64,000 nucleotides of DNA, taken from assembly GCA_964609155.1 (NCBI GenBank), contig CAZSRF010000001.1, positions 102,617 to 166,616 on the forward strand, in the 5' to 3' direction. The translations under genes were made by a program, and so were the position numbers. The stretch's first letter is position 1. Every line of letters begins with the position of its first letter. Below are positions 8,965 through 17,451 of the stretch, in pieces. The stretch comes from an uncultured Gammaproteobacteria bacterium. Its GTDB lineage: Bacteria; Pseudomonadota; Gammaproteobacteria; JAGOUU01. The notes beneath the pieces were generated by a model that was not told the DNA's origin, searched no databases, and saw only the letters and a list, made by a program, of their open reading frames with translations.

Positions 8965-11295
8965 TTAACTCATGCTAGAGCCGCCACCTTTACCACCACC
9001 GCCACCGCTTGGTGGTTTAGAGAATGATTTACCAATACTATAACCACTCTTACCCCCCTCAGTACCAGCTTTTGTCATATCACCTGGTAACTTACCACCT
9101 TGTTCTGCACGCCCTTTAGCTTCTGATAGATATTCACCTTCACCAGAAACCTGTGTACCAGAAGCACCTATCCAAGTCATAATTCTATTAGGAACCTCAT
9201 TAATTAAGCTAAACGATTTATGAATAATAATGGTGAAAGTACCGATGTAAATAAACATCATTCCGACCACTGCTCCAAGTGAATCAGTAGGAATACTTTT
9301 TGTTTCCATTATTAAATTCATGGAGATACTAAAAAATAAGATTCCTATTCTCACAACTACAATACCTGCTAATAAACCTATTACCATAAGACCGGGACGC
9401 AACATCAAACTCAATAATAATTTCAATCCATATTCAGCATTACCCATAACTTCATCACCTTGAGGATGCATCAGCCCGAGCGCAACTATAGGAGCTGCAG
9501 CTACAGCTTCTACACATAATAGCAGCCAACCTACAACCCCAGATAAATAGATCATAAGTGGTATAAAAGGTATGTATGTATTAAGTAATATTCCTATAGG
9601 ATAAAAAATCATCATGACACCTATGATGGCAAAAAATAACATGCCAACTATAGGCACAATAATACCAATGGCAGAGTGGACATATGGCAACCCAGGAATA
9701 ACAGCTGCTGCTATAGCCCCGGCGATTAAAATAACCGTACCAACCATAAACAACGCTTCACACATCACATTTATTTTAGAACCTCTTTCAGCTAACTTTA
9801 TTAAGGGATCTACAGACAACGCTGCCCTAACACCACTTAAATTTGTAATACCTACAGAACTAGGGTAATCAAACAACCCTTCTGTATTTAGAATTTTCTT
9901 TACTATAAACTCAATAAGCTTAGTTAGCCCTAAGCTTACAACGGTTAAGAGTGGATTGTCATAATTCACATCAAAACTTGCACCCACGGTAGGACCACCG
10001 CCACTTGCAGTATAAGCAGACACTCCTCCATTTGCAGCATAAGTAGCAGCTGAAACACTAATTAGCTCATTAGCAAAAGCTTGGGCAGGTTGCCCCCCCC
10101 AGGCCTGAATACTGTCCCCCACATAATCTGTCGCATCAGAAGAACCTGAAGGTACAGATGCATTTTCTTTAATAATGCCATAATATGTTGAAGCCGCAGA
10201 GATCCAACCTATCTGTCCTGCCCTTCCAGAGAAACCAGATCGATTTTGACTTAAGGTTTGCAAAGATTGGGCATTAACTATCCCTGTTACAATACTGTTA
10301 ATAGAAAATACAAAAGCGTTCGATCCGAAAGCAACTTTTTTTGCCTCATAATTTGCAGCATCAGTAGGATTTAGTACGCTATAGTTAATATCGTACATCC
10401 CTGTTGAATTATTTGGTGCGTAATATAAATAATCAAACATTCCTCGAGCTTGCCCAGCCATCTGATTTACTACAGATGCTATCTGTGTAATATATGACGT
10501 TAAAAGACTAGCCTCTAATCTCACGTTAGTAAAAGCTAATGAACCACATTTTTGTGCTATTACTGGATCTTTTGGTACGAGCTTGGCTCGAGCGCCTCCA
10601 CTAGAACTGCAATCTGCATTTGGGCTACATACAACCTCTGGTGAAAGATAAGTACAGCTAGGGTGTGCGTTAGCACATGCACGCTCGCCATTAGTAGGAT
10701 CAATAGGGGTTGAGCCATAACTGCCCACACAGGCTGCAAATCTTATTGCTGGCTCAATATATGCAACAGTATCAAAATTAGCAGCAACAACAGGCAAATT
10801 ACCTCCAGTAATAGCTGTTTCACCTTGAGATAAATAATTTATTGAAGCATCCCAAACGGTATCGCCTATTTGCACCCCCATTAAAATAAACCACATAGTG
10901 ATAACCTGGATAAAACTGTAACCAAACGCGTTGGGTATCATCATGCCAGCGCCTGCTGCAACTCTTAGGGGTAAAAATAACGTATGCCATTTTTCGCCCA
11001 ATGGTTTACCAGATGAGGCTGAAAAAAGTAGTGAACAAACCAGAATGTAAACAACTAAACCAGCTCCAACGGTCGCAATAAAAGTATTAAATATTTTAAA
11101 GCCTTCCGTTAAAATACTCGCCCCTCCCTCCAAGACTCCTCGATAAGAGTCTGAAACACCACCAAATAAAACAGATAGAAATACAGTAGAGGTATCTCTC
11201 TTAAAATCAGCAGCGAAAAGATCGGGAGCAAATAGAATAGCTAACACAATAAAGTATTTAGTAACCGCTGTCATTCTATTCAAGTTATTTATCAT
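8965..11295 (-). CDS. dotA: DotA, polytopic inner-membrane/secreted T4BSS protein
   Basis: It has a signal peptide. The N-terminal block ...FLSVLFGGV...GFKIFNTFIATVGAGLVVYILVCSLL...GKPLGEKWHTLFLPLRVAAGAGMMIP...IQVITMWFILMGVQIGDTVWD resembles the remembered DotA N-terminus. A large central soluble domain is followed by C-terminal TM helices. It starts 3 nt downstream of icmV, as in icmV-dotA operons. Confidence 0.8.
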   Translation of the reverse strand: MINNLNRMTAVTKYFIVLAILFAPDLFAADFKRDTSTVFLSVLFGGVSDSYRGVLEGGASILTEGFKIFNTFIATVGAGLVVYILVCSLLFSASSGKPLGEKWHTLFLPLRVAAGAGMMIPNAFGYSFIQVITMWFILMGVQIGDTVWDASINYLSQGETAITGGNLPVVAANFDTVAYIEPAIRFAACVGSYGSTPIDPTNGERACANAHPSCTYLSPEVVCSPNADCSSSGGARAKLVPKDPVIAQKCGSLAFTNVRLEASLLTSYITQIASVVNQMAGQARGMFDYLYYAPNNSTGMYDINYSVLNPTDAANYEAKKVAFGSNAFVFSINSIVTGIVNAQSLQTLSQNRSGFSGRAGQIGWISAASTYYGIIKENASVPSGSSDATDYVGDSIQAWGGQPAQAFANELISVSAATYAANGGVSAYTASGGGPTVGASFDVNYDNPLLTVVSLGLTKLIEFIVKKILNTEGLFDYPSSVGITNLSGVRAALSVDPLIKLAERGSKINVMCEALFMVGTVILIAGAIAAAVIPGLPYVHSAIGIIVPIVGMLFFAIIGVMMIFYPIGILLNTYIPFIPLMIYLSGVVGWLLLCVEAVAAAPIVALGLMHPQGDEVMGNAEYGLKLLLSLMLRPGLMVIGLLAGIVVVRIGILFFSISMNLIMETKSIPTDSLGAVVGMMFIYIGTFTIIIHKSFSLINEVPNRIMTWIGASGTQVSGEGEYLSEAKGRAEQGGKLPGDMTKAGTEGGKSGYSIGKSFSKPPSGGGGGKGGGSSMS

Positions 11296-11298
11296 GTT

Positions 11299-11796
11299 TT
11301 AATCTATCGTATTGTTATACCATTCTTTTAAAGTACAACCTAATTTGCGATTTTTTATCTGAAAATACCAGAAATTTGAAATTAAGCTAAATGCAAATAA
11401 ACTGATGGTAATCATCAATGCTATCCAACCAGAATACCACTGCATAGTGAAAAATCTATATATACTATATATAGCCATAATGGTACCAGTAACCAAAAAA
11501 ACAACAAAATTTCTAAAGTAACCAGTTTCTCTTTCCTGAATCTCAGCATCAGATAAATTTAATCTCTCACGAGCAGTTTCAAAATCTTCTGGCTCATGTT
11601 TAGCTCTAATAGCTGATGTATCCATCATTTTCTTTACATTATTAACTGAGAGGGCTGCGCCTGCTTTTATGCTTTCATAACCCAACCAACCTTTTACATC
11701 ATACATTGAAGAAAAAAAGCCGCGTACTCTTCTTTTTTTTGTCATTATAGTAACTTCTTCTAAAATTAAAAGATTAATAATTACAATATCAAACAA
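11299..11796 (-). CDS. icmV: IcmV inner-membrane protein. The likely true start is the internal Met at ~11748 (MTKKRRV...).
   Basis: The block ...ARERLNLSDAEIQERE...FWYFQIKNRKLGCTLKEWY matches the remembered Legionella IcmV block (AKARLNLTDADL...HFWYFQIKERKLGCSIHEWF). There are two TM segments. Confidence 0.8.
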   Translation of the reverse strand: MFDIVIINLLILEEVTIMTKKRRVRGFFSSMYDVKGWLGYESIKAGAALSVNNVKKMMDTSAIRAKHEPEDFETARERLNLSDAEIQERETGYFRNFVVFLVTGTIMAIYSIYRFFTMQWYSGWIALMITISLFAFSLISNFWYFQIKNRKLGCTLKEWYNNTID

Positions 11797-11829
11797 AACT
11801 AACCAAATGTCTAGTTTTATTAAGTAAAT

Positions 11830-13287
11830 TTATTTAGAAAATTTATTCAGGTTAATATTATAGCCTCTTAACATTACCATCAGTAACAATACATTCATCA
11901 CTGTACCGAGAGCCAATAAAAAATAAATGTATAATATATTTTCTAATAATAAAAAAGTTAAAAATGTTCCAGTAATAATAAAAAGAAGATAATAGCTTTT
12001 ACTCGCTGCTCTAATCTTATTTTCTTTTGTACGCTTTAGGTACGATACTATTAGTAAGTTTTTATCTTTATGTTTTCCAAACAGACAAGAAGTAAAGCCT
12101 ATACACAACAAAATTATTATTAAAAATTTATTTTCCAAATTAAACTTTAAAATAATATTATACAAATTAGCTATACTATGAGCCAATAAAAATAAAACTA
12201 TACAACTTACTATTATTGCTACAAAAGTACTCAAAAGATAGACCCAAATTAGCATAGTTGGATATTCTGAAACACTAGATATATTTGGTAATAACCTGAA
12301 GTATTTCAATGCCATCACTGCAGCACAAAACCACCATATTATGATACTACCATCAATAAAAAAATTACTCAGATCTGCCCGGTAGAAAGTATACTTTGCT
12401 ACTAATATTTGTGCTAAATAATTTGATGGTATAAAATTATTTATGACAATCGTCATGCTAGTTAATACAAATAAATACATCAATGCATAAGCAAACAAGC
12501 ATCTTGAGATAGACCAGGAAGCATAATTTATTGCCCTTAAAAAAGTTTTAACTTTTTTTTGTACAATCCCCAAAACTAATATTAAGCAAATCAAGATACA
12601 TCCAATAGATGGTCCTTGCAGCGGAACAACAGCCATAAAACGACACAAATAAACGTAGCTAATATAACTAGCTAGCGCAGTCATTAAACAACTACCAACA
12701 ATAAAAGAAACGCTATGAATAATAATTATCACATTATTAATCGTGTTGTTTTGTACTGCACTGGGATAAAGTTTATTAACAATAAGTTGCATATTATTAA
12801 TAGCATGTTTATGTACAAACAAGCTATACAACCAAACATAGGCTAATATAACTGGCCAAGGAGAAAACCAAAACATATTTGTTAAGCAATAAATAATTTC
12901 TGCAGAAAAATCTCTAGTCTCTGCACCATCAATAGTAGTATTAATAAAAACAGCTAAAAATAGAGTAAAAAATAATGTACTAAAGATAGACCATGCAATT
13001 ATACAAACAACGCTTTTAAGTATACTTATTCTATCAGCCAAACTTATCTTTTTGATATACAATAAACTTTTAAGATCGTCCTTATTATAGGTGTTGCTAC
13101 AGATCTTGCTATAAAATAAATGAAAGCTTAAATATATTAATAAAGGATAAAAATAGTAATTGAGAATTCTTTTTGTATCTTGCACATACAGATAAGCTCC
13201 CAGAAGGATAAAACAAACTAACAACCCTATTACTATCAATAAAAATCTTCTAGTTCTAATTTTAAAACTATATTTCAATTCTCGCAT
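11830..13287 (-). CDS. Hypothetical polytopic membrane protein (roughly 12 hydrophobic segments), no recognised family
   Basis: An uninterrupted 485-codon ORF is wedged between the IcmX-like gene (11-nt gap) and icmV. It is extremely hydrophobic and rich in Ile/Leu/Phe/Tyr, and by eye is more AT-rich than its neighbours. Confidence 0.6.
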   Translation of the reverse strand: MRELKYSFKIRTRRFLLIVIGLLVCFILLGAYLYVQDTKRILNYYFYPLLIYLSFHLFYSKICSNTYNKDDLKSLLYIKKISLADRISILKSVVCIIAWSIFSTLFFTLFLAVFINTTIDGAETRDFSAEIIYCLTNMFWFSPWPVILAYVWLYSLFVHKHAINNMQLIVNKLYPSAVQNNTINNVIIIIHSVSFIVGSCLMTALASYISYVYLCRFMAVVPLQGPSIGCILICLILVLGIVQKKVKTFLRAINYASWSISRCLFAYALMYLFVLTSMTIVINNFIPSNYLAQILVAKYTFYRADLSNFFIDGSIIIWWFCAAVMALKYFRLLPNISSVSEYPTMLIWVYLLSTFVAIIVSCIVLFLLAHSIANLYNIILKFNLENKFLIIILLCIGFTSCLFGKHKDKNLLIVSYLKRTKENKIRAASKSYYLLFIITGTFLTFLLLENILYIYFLLALGTVMNVLLLMVMLRGYNINLNKFSK

Positions 13288-13298
13288 ATGGATAGCAA

Positions 13299-15068
13299 CT
13301 ATGGCTTGCCAGGAACATTGATCCCTAAACTTTTCAAACTATCGTTAATTTGTGAAGCTGTATCTGCTGAGCTTTGGTTTTGCATATCTTGCGCCATTTT
13401 AAGCATAGCAGAGATGTCTGATGCTAATGATGCAAATAAAGCTGTTTGAATTTGTTGCTGCTCATAACGTTTGAACTCAAGCGTCAATTGCAAAGCCTGC
13501 ATATAAGCCATTTCTTTCATAAGAGCTGGCGTCGGCATTTGCTGAACTCTGTCATACCACTCAGGATCTGAAAATCTTTTGTTTGCCTCGAACTCTAGCA
13601 ACCCTTGTCTCGATGTGGGCTCAAAAGTTACTGATTTTTTACCAGTATCATTCCATCTTGCTACTGGAATTTTTAGATTGGACAACACCATACGATCTGC
13701 AAATAATTGTGTAACTGCATACTGAGTTAATGACAATTTAGATTGTCGTGCCAAATAATTCATATACACTCCATAACCACCATCTTTAAGAACTTTAAGG
13801 CCATTATAGTTAGGATTAATATACTTATCTGGTACTGAAAAGTCGGGTTGATTTATTGTAATAGGAGAAGGCATAATATTGGTTACATTATATGCGTATC
13901 TCATAGCAGCTTCATTATTTGATATTTTAGACTGCATTAATGTAGTTGCTGTCACATCTGCTGCAAATCCTGACTTGCTCTCCCATGGGGTTACTCCATT
14001 TATTTTGCCGTTTGCTATATCAGCTGCGGTTATAGCAGGGTTAGCGCAACCATGGAGATTTAATTTTGCTGCAAGCGGATCGCAATAATTTGCTAAATGA
14101 TATTCAACCCAATCACGAACTACTGTTTGGGTGACAGCGGGGCCTGAAAAATTTTCAGCACCTAAAAAACTTCTTCTTAATGCCGCTTCTGCTAATGCTT
14201 TATTATTATATTTTGTGGGAATGATTGAGCTTAAATAATTTTCACCGCTAACTCTAGAAGATACATGCGAAGGTGGATACACATCATTAGCCTGCAACAT
14301 TACGCGTGCTAAATAAGAGGTCTGACCTAAAATTGCATCCGACGCATCAGTAGTTGCTACAGTTTTTCCTGCTCTGTTAATTCGCGGATAGATTACAGCT
14401 TGATTCTGATCACTTCCAGGTAAATTTCCGTAACGAAGTTGTTGTTCACAGTTAGGATTCCCTACTGGACACGGATCATCAGCAAAATTATTATTACCAC
14501 CTGTTGGACTGCCAGATTTCTCATAATAAGAAAATCCATTTGATGTTGTGTAATTACACATCTGCATTTGTTTCTTTAGAAAACAGGTATTAGAGTTTAT
14601 ACTAAATCCTTTGCACTCTGGATCCAGCGTGCATTGCCGACCACAACCATAGAGATCAGTTTGGATAGCGCTGGTATTAATGTCATAACCTTGGCAATCT
14701 CGGCTGGACATACCAATAAACTGCTGTTGTTCGCCAGTTATGGCATTGATGGTTTTATTATCATTAAATTTAACATAAAACATCCCTAAGCCAGATGGCA
14801 TACAGGCAGAAGTTGTTATATAGCAATTTGGTGTTGTATTACCTGATATAAATGTAAACCCTTGACACCCCCCCGTCTGGGAGCAACGCACTGAACATTC
14901 TTGTGCAGAAGCAGCTCCTACAGAAGAACCCGATAAACATCCTCCTGTAATTGGCGGAGAATAACCCAAAATTTTATCTGCATAAGCCACATTAAAAACA
15001 CTTAGTGTTGTTAATAACAATACTATATATTTTAACCAACTATTTTTTAGTGTTTTTCTCATTATCAT
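13299..15068 (-). CDS. Secreted protein with two N-terminal PAN/apple-like Cys modules and a C-terminal region tentatively IcmX-like
   Basis: It has a signal peptide (…VFNVAYA). The PAN-like patterns are CSVRCSQTGGCQGFTFISGNTTPNCYITTSAC and CGRQCTLDPECKGFSINSNTCFLKKQMQMC. The C-terminal segment SRQGLLEFEANKRFSDPEWYDRVQQMPTPALMKEMAYMQALQLTLEFKRYEQQQIQ resembles my imperfect memory of the conserved IcmX C-terminus. The IcmX assignment is unverified. Confidence 0.5.
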   Translation of the reverse strand: MIMRKTLKNSWLKYIVLLLTTLSVFNVAYADKILGYSPPITGGCLSGSSVGAASAQECSVRCSQTGGCQGFTFISGNTTPNCYITTSACMPSGLGMFYVKFNDNKTINAITGEQQQFIGMSSRDCQGYDINTSAIQTDLYGCGRQCTLDPECKGFSINSNTCFLKKQMQMCNYTTSNGFSYYEKSGSPTGGNNNFADDPCPVGNPNCEQQLRYGNLPGSDQNQAVIYPRINRAGKTVATTDASDAILGQTSYLARVMLQANDVYPPSHVSSRVSGENYLSSIIPTKYNNKALAEAALRRSFLGAENFSGPAVTQTVVRDWVEYHLANYCDPLAAKLNLHGCANPAITAADIANGKINGVTPWESKSGFAADVTATTLMQSKISNNEAAMRYAYNVTNIMPSPITINQPDFSVPDKYINPNYNGLKVLKDGGYGVYMNYLARQSKLSLTQYAVTQLFADRMVLSNLKIPVARWNDTGKKSVTFEPTSRQGLLEFEANKRFSDPEWYDRVQQMPTPALMKEMAYMQALQLTLEFKRYEQQQIQTALFASLASDISAMLKMAQDMQNQSSADTASQINDSLKSLGINVPGKP

Positions 15069-15092
15069 TGTATACCATGCATTTACTTATTA

Positions 15093-16688
15093 TTAGTTAT
15101 CGCCAGATCCAGAAGGTATAGTACCATTACCCAAATTTTGTATATACGATCCTCTATATGATGACCATGAACCATTTGGATATACCCATAGTTGATCGGG
15201 ATTATTGCTATAAGACTCAAAACCCTGATTAAATAAAAGTTGTCGATTACGAGCAGTATCTTTCCAGTTACTATAGGTACTGCCACAGCTATTAGTAGCA
15301 AAACATGGTAAAGACATATCTAATGTCATCTGATTACCATTTACTGTTATTGTTTTTTTCACTTGCTCACCACCTGGGTTTGGTAATGTATAAATAAAGC
15401 CACTTTGAGGAGTATAAGCACCTAAATTTGAACCCTGACTATAATCAGGTGAAAGGTAGACTGGGCCCATGCAGTTTCCTAATAAATTTGGGGTGCACTG
15501 TGGACCAGTATCAGCAGTAGTACTCCCACTTGTTGTACCGCTTGTTGTACCACTTGTTGTACCACTAGTAGTACCACTAGTCGTGCCACTTGTTGTGCCG
15601 CTAGTCGTGCCACTTGTTGTACCACTAGTTGTACCACCTGTTGTGAAATCACCAGTGGTCGAACCTGTATTTCCAGTCGTACCACCACCCGTACCACTTG
15701 TTGTAGTGCCAGTTGTTCCTGAAGTTGTACTAGATGGCGGCAAAGGCTCATAAGGGCCAAATGTTCCGCCAGTCGTCCCTGCTGTAGTTCCCGCTGTGGT
15801 TCCTGCTGTAGTTCCCGCTATGATTTCCGCTGTAGTTCCTGCTGTAGTTCCTGCTGTGGTTCCTGCTGTAGTCTCTGATGTGGTTCCAGCAGTTGGTTCT
15901 GGAAAATTTAATTCTGAATCCTGATCTGCACCCACTCCCGCAAATTTATCTAAATTTCCATATTTTGAACTTTCTCCACCAGCACCTGATTTGCTGCTAC
16001 CAGAATCTTCTCTTCCCTTTCCGTTACACCCCTTATCAACTACCAATTTAAGTACTTTATTTAGATGAGCAGCATAGGGCACCAAATCAGGATCATCATA
16101 TCGTAAATCTAATGGAAACTGTGGCAAATATATACCAAAGCTAGAAATTACTTTATTTTCAATTTCTGCGTTGTTAATAATCTTATCTCTATATAAAGTA
16201 CAAGCATCTGCAAATGGCTTTAAACCCATTGTCTCTGGCTTAACTCTAACTGCAATATCTTTAGTAAATTTTTTACTTAAAATATCTATCATGCCTTTAT
16301 CATCGTTTGTTTTTATAACTGAGATATAAACTGGGTGAGGAGCTTTTGTTTTACCTTCAAGAGGTAAGCCAATCTGCCCGCATCCACTTACACCTTTGTT
16401 ATCAGCAAACTTACCCACAGATGGTACAGCATCTTGCCATCTGAACAAATAATTTCGAGTAGCTGTTGTTTTATTCATGTAATCAAGGCAAACTTGCCTC
16501 TTTACTAATATCACCGTAGCAATCAAAGCCGTTTTCTCTTTGGCTGCACTATCATTTTTAATTTCTGGCTTTTGCATTTGTGCAACAATAGGAAGTTTTT
16601 GCTGAGCATAACTTAACAATACTAGAGACAGTGAACTAGCTGCTAATAATATTTTATATTTAACTTTTGACTTTAATTTACTCGACAT
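15093..16688 (-). CDS. Secreted protein with a central Thr/Gly/Ser/Ala tandem-repeat linker. By synteny it is the alternative IcmX candidate.
   Basis: It has a signal peptide (…LLSYAQQ), then (TAGT)n and (TSGT)n tetrapeptide arrays, then a Cys-containing C-terminal domain. It lies directly downstream of icmW, where icmX sits in Legionella and Coxiella. Confidence 0.7.
   Translation of the reverse strand: MSSKLKSKVKYKILLAASSLSLVLLSYAQQKLPIVAQMQKPEIKNDSAAKEKTALIATVILVKRQVCLDYMNKTTATRNYLFRWQDAVPSVGKFADNKGVSGCGQIGLPLEGKTKAPHPVYISVIKTNDDKGMIDILSKKFTKDIAVRVKPETMGLKPFADACTLYRDKIINNAEIENKVISSFGIYLPQFPLDLRYDDPDLVPYAAHLNKVLKLVVDKGCNGKGREDSGSSKSGAGGESSKYGNLDKFAGVGADQDSELNFPEPTAGTTSETTAGTTAGTTAGTTAEIIAGTTAGTTAGTTAGTTGGTFGPYEPLPPSSTTSGTTGTTTSGTGGGTTGNTGSTTGDFTTGGTTSGTTSGTTSGTTSGTTSGTTSGTTSGTTSGTTSGSTTADTGPQCTPNLLGNCMGPVYLSPDYSQGSNLGAYTPQSGFIYTLPNPGGEQVKKTITVNGNQMTLDMSLPCFATNSCGSTYSNWKDTARNRQLLFNQGFESYSNNPDQLWVYPNGSWSSYRGSYIQNLGNGTIPSGSGDN
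15526..15645. repeat. About ten tandem 12-bp units (ccacttgttgta-like) encoding the (TSGT)n array of the 531-aa ORF
   Basis: The 12-bp periodicity can be read directly. The units differ mainly at positions that are synonymous in the minus-strand frame. Confidence 0.85.
15781..15912. repeat. About eleven tandem 12-bp units (tgtagttcctgc-like) encoding the (TAGT)n array of the same ORF
   Basis: The 12-bp periodicity can be read directly. The units are imperfect. Confidence 0.8.
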
Positions 16689-16718
16689 ATGTTTTAATTC
16701 TATGTTATGTAACCATTA

Positions 16719-17177
16719 CTAACTTGTCGCCTTCTCTACCGCTTGGATAGCTATATTAAATCTTTCCGCTGCAAAAATTCGAGAAAGCAGTTGTAACCTT
16801 TCAAAAACTAAATTTCTATTTAAAAAGATCCCCGGTGTATCATTAACACTTTTACTAGCTACTTCAGCATAGATTAGTAGCTTTGAGGCAGAGCCAGGCT
16901 TAATACTATCGATATGCTGCATAATACGAAGTGACCGACTTAATTTAATACTGACTAGTACATTAACATAGAACTCTTCATCTATGATTTGAAAATCCAT
17001 CGGGTTATCAAGAGCTGCAGCTAATTGTGTTAATGCTGCCTCAATCTCAGGATCACCATCTAAGACCCAATCTTCAGTATCTTCCATAATTTTTATAATT
17101 TTTATAAGAAAAGGATCCTGTCTGTCTTGCCAAAATTTATCCGTTCCGGCTACGCTTAAATCTAACATTAATGTCAC
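16719..17177 (-). CDS. icmW: IcmW, type IVB adaptor/chaperone subunit. The likely start is the ATG at 17168 (MLDLSVAG...).
   Basis: The sequence DLSVAGTDKFW...IMEDTEDWVLDGDPEIEAALTQL...IDSIKPGSASKLLIYAE...FLNRNLVFERLQLLSRIF parallels the remembered Legionella IcmW (DLSHEASAKYW...VENWTLDGNPEFEEAMKQL...HPGSASRVLIHAE...FLKRNIVFERLRLLSRVF). Confidence 0.85.
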   Translation of the reverse strand: MTLMLDLSVAGTDKFWQDRQDPFLIKIIKIMEDTEDWVLDGDPEIEAALTQLAAALDNPMDFQIIDEEFYVNVLVSIKLSRSLRIMQHIDSIKPGSASKLLIYAEVASKSVNDTPGIFLNRNLVFERLQLLSRIFAAERFNIAIQAVEKATS

Positions 17178-17451
17178 CGTTAATAACCATAAGTTACTTA
17201 TTTATTAATTATAGCTATATTTAAACAGTAATTTCTATTTATAATTTTCTATTTATGATCAAGAATTACAATCATAACAACGGCTCATTATAACCTAGTT
17301 AGCTTATATTAACAATCCATTTCTACATCCATGTCTGCATCTATTTCTACTTTATCTCTTTACACACTTATGAATTATTTTATTAAATTAAAACCAGTTA
17401 ATTAGCAATTCACTATTTTATACAATAATGCTAAGCTGAGTTATAAAAAAA

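Noticed and set aside
15469-15760. Two ~93-aa ORFs (plus and minus strand) with PLVV/QQVV repeats
   Set aside because: They are alternative-frame readings of the 12-bp tandem repeats inside the 531-aa ORF. The same applies to the 72-aa ORF at 15083-15301.
15526-15912. Possible CRISPR-like or noncoding tandem array
   Set aside because: The period is 12 bp, there are no spacers, and the array is fully in frame within a long ORF. It is a coding tetrapeptide repeat, not a CRISPR array.
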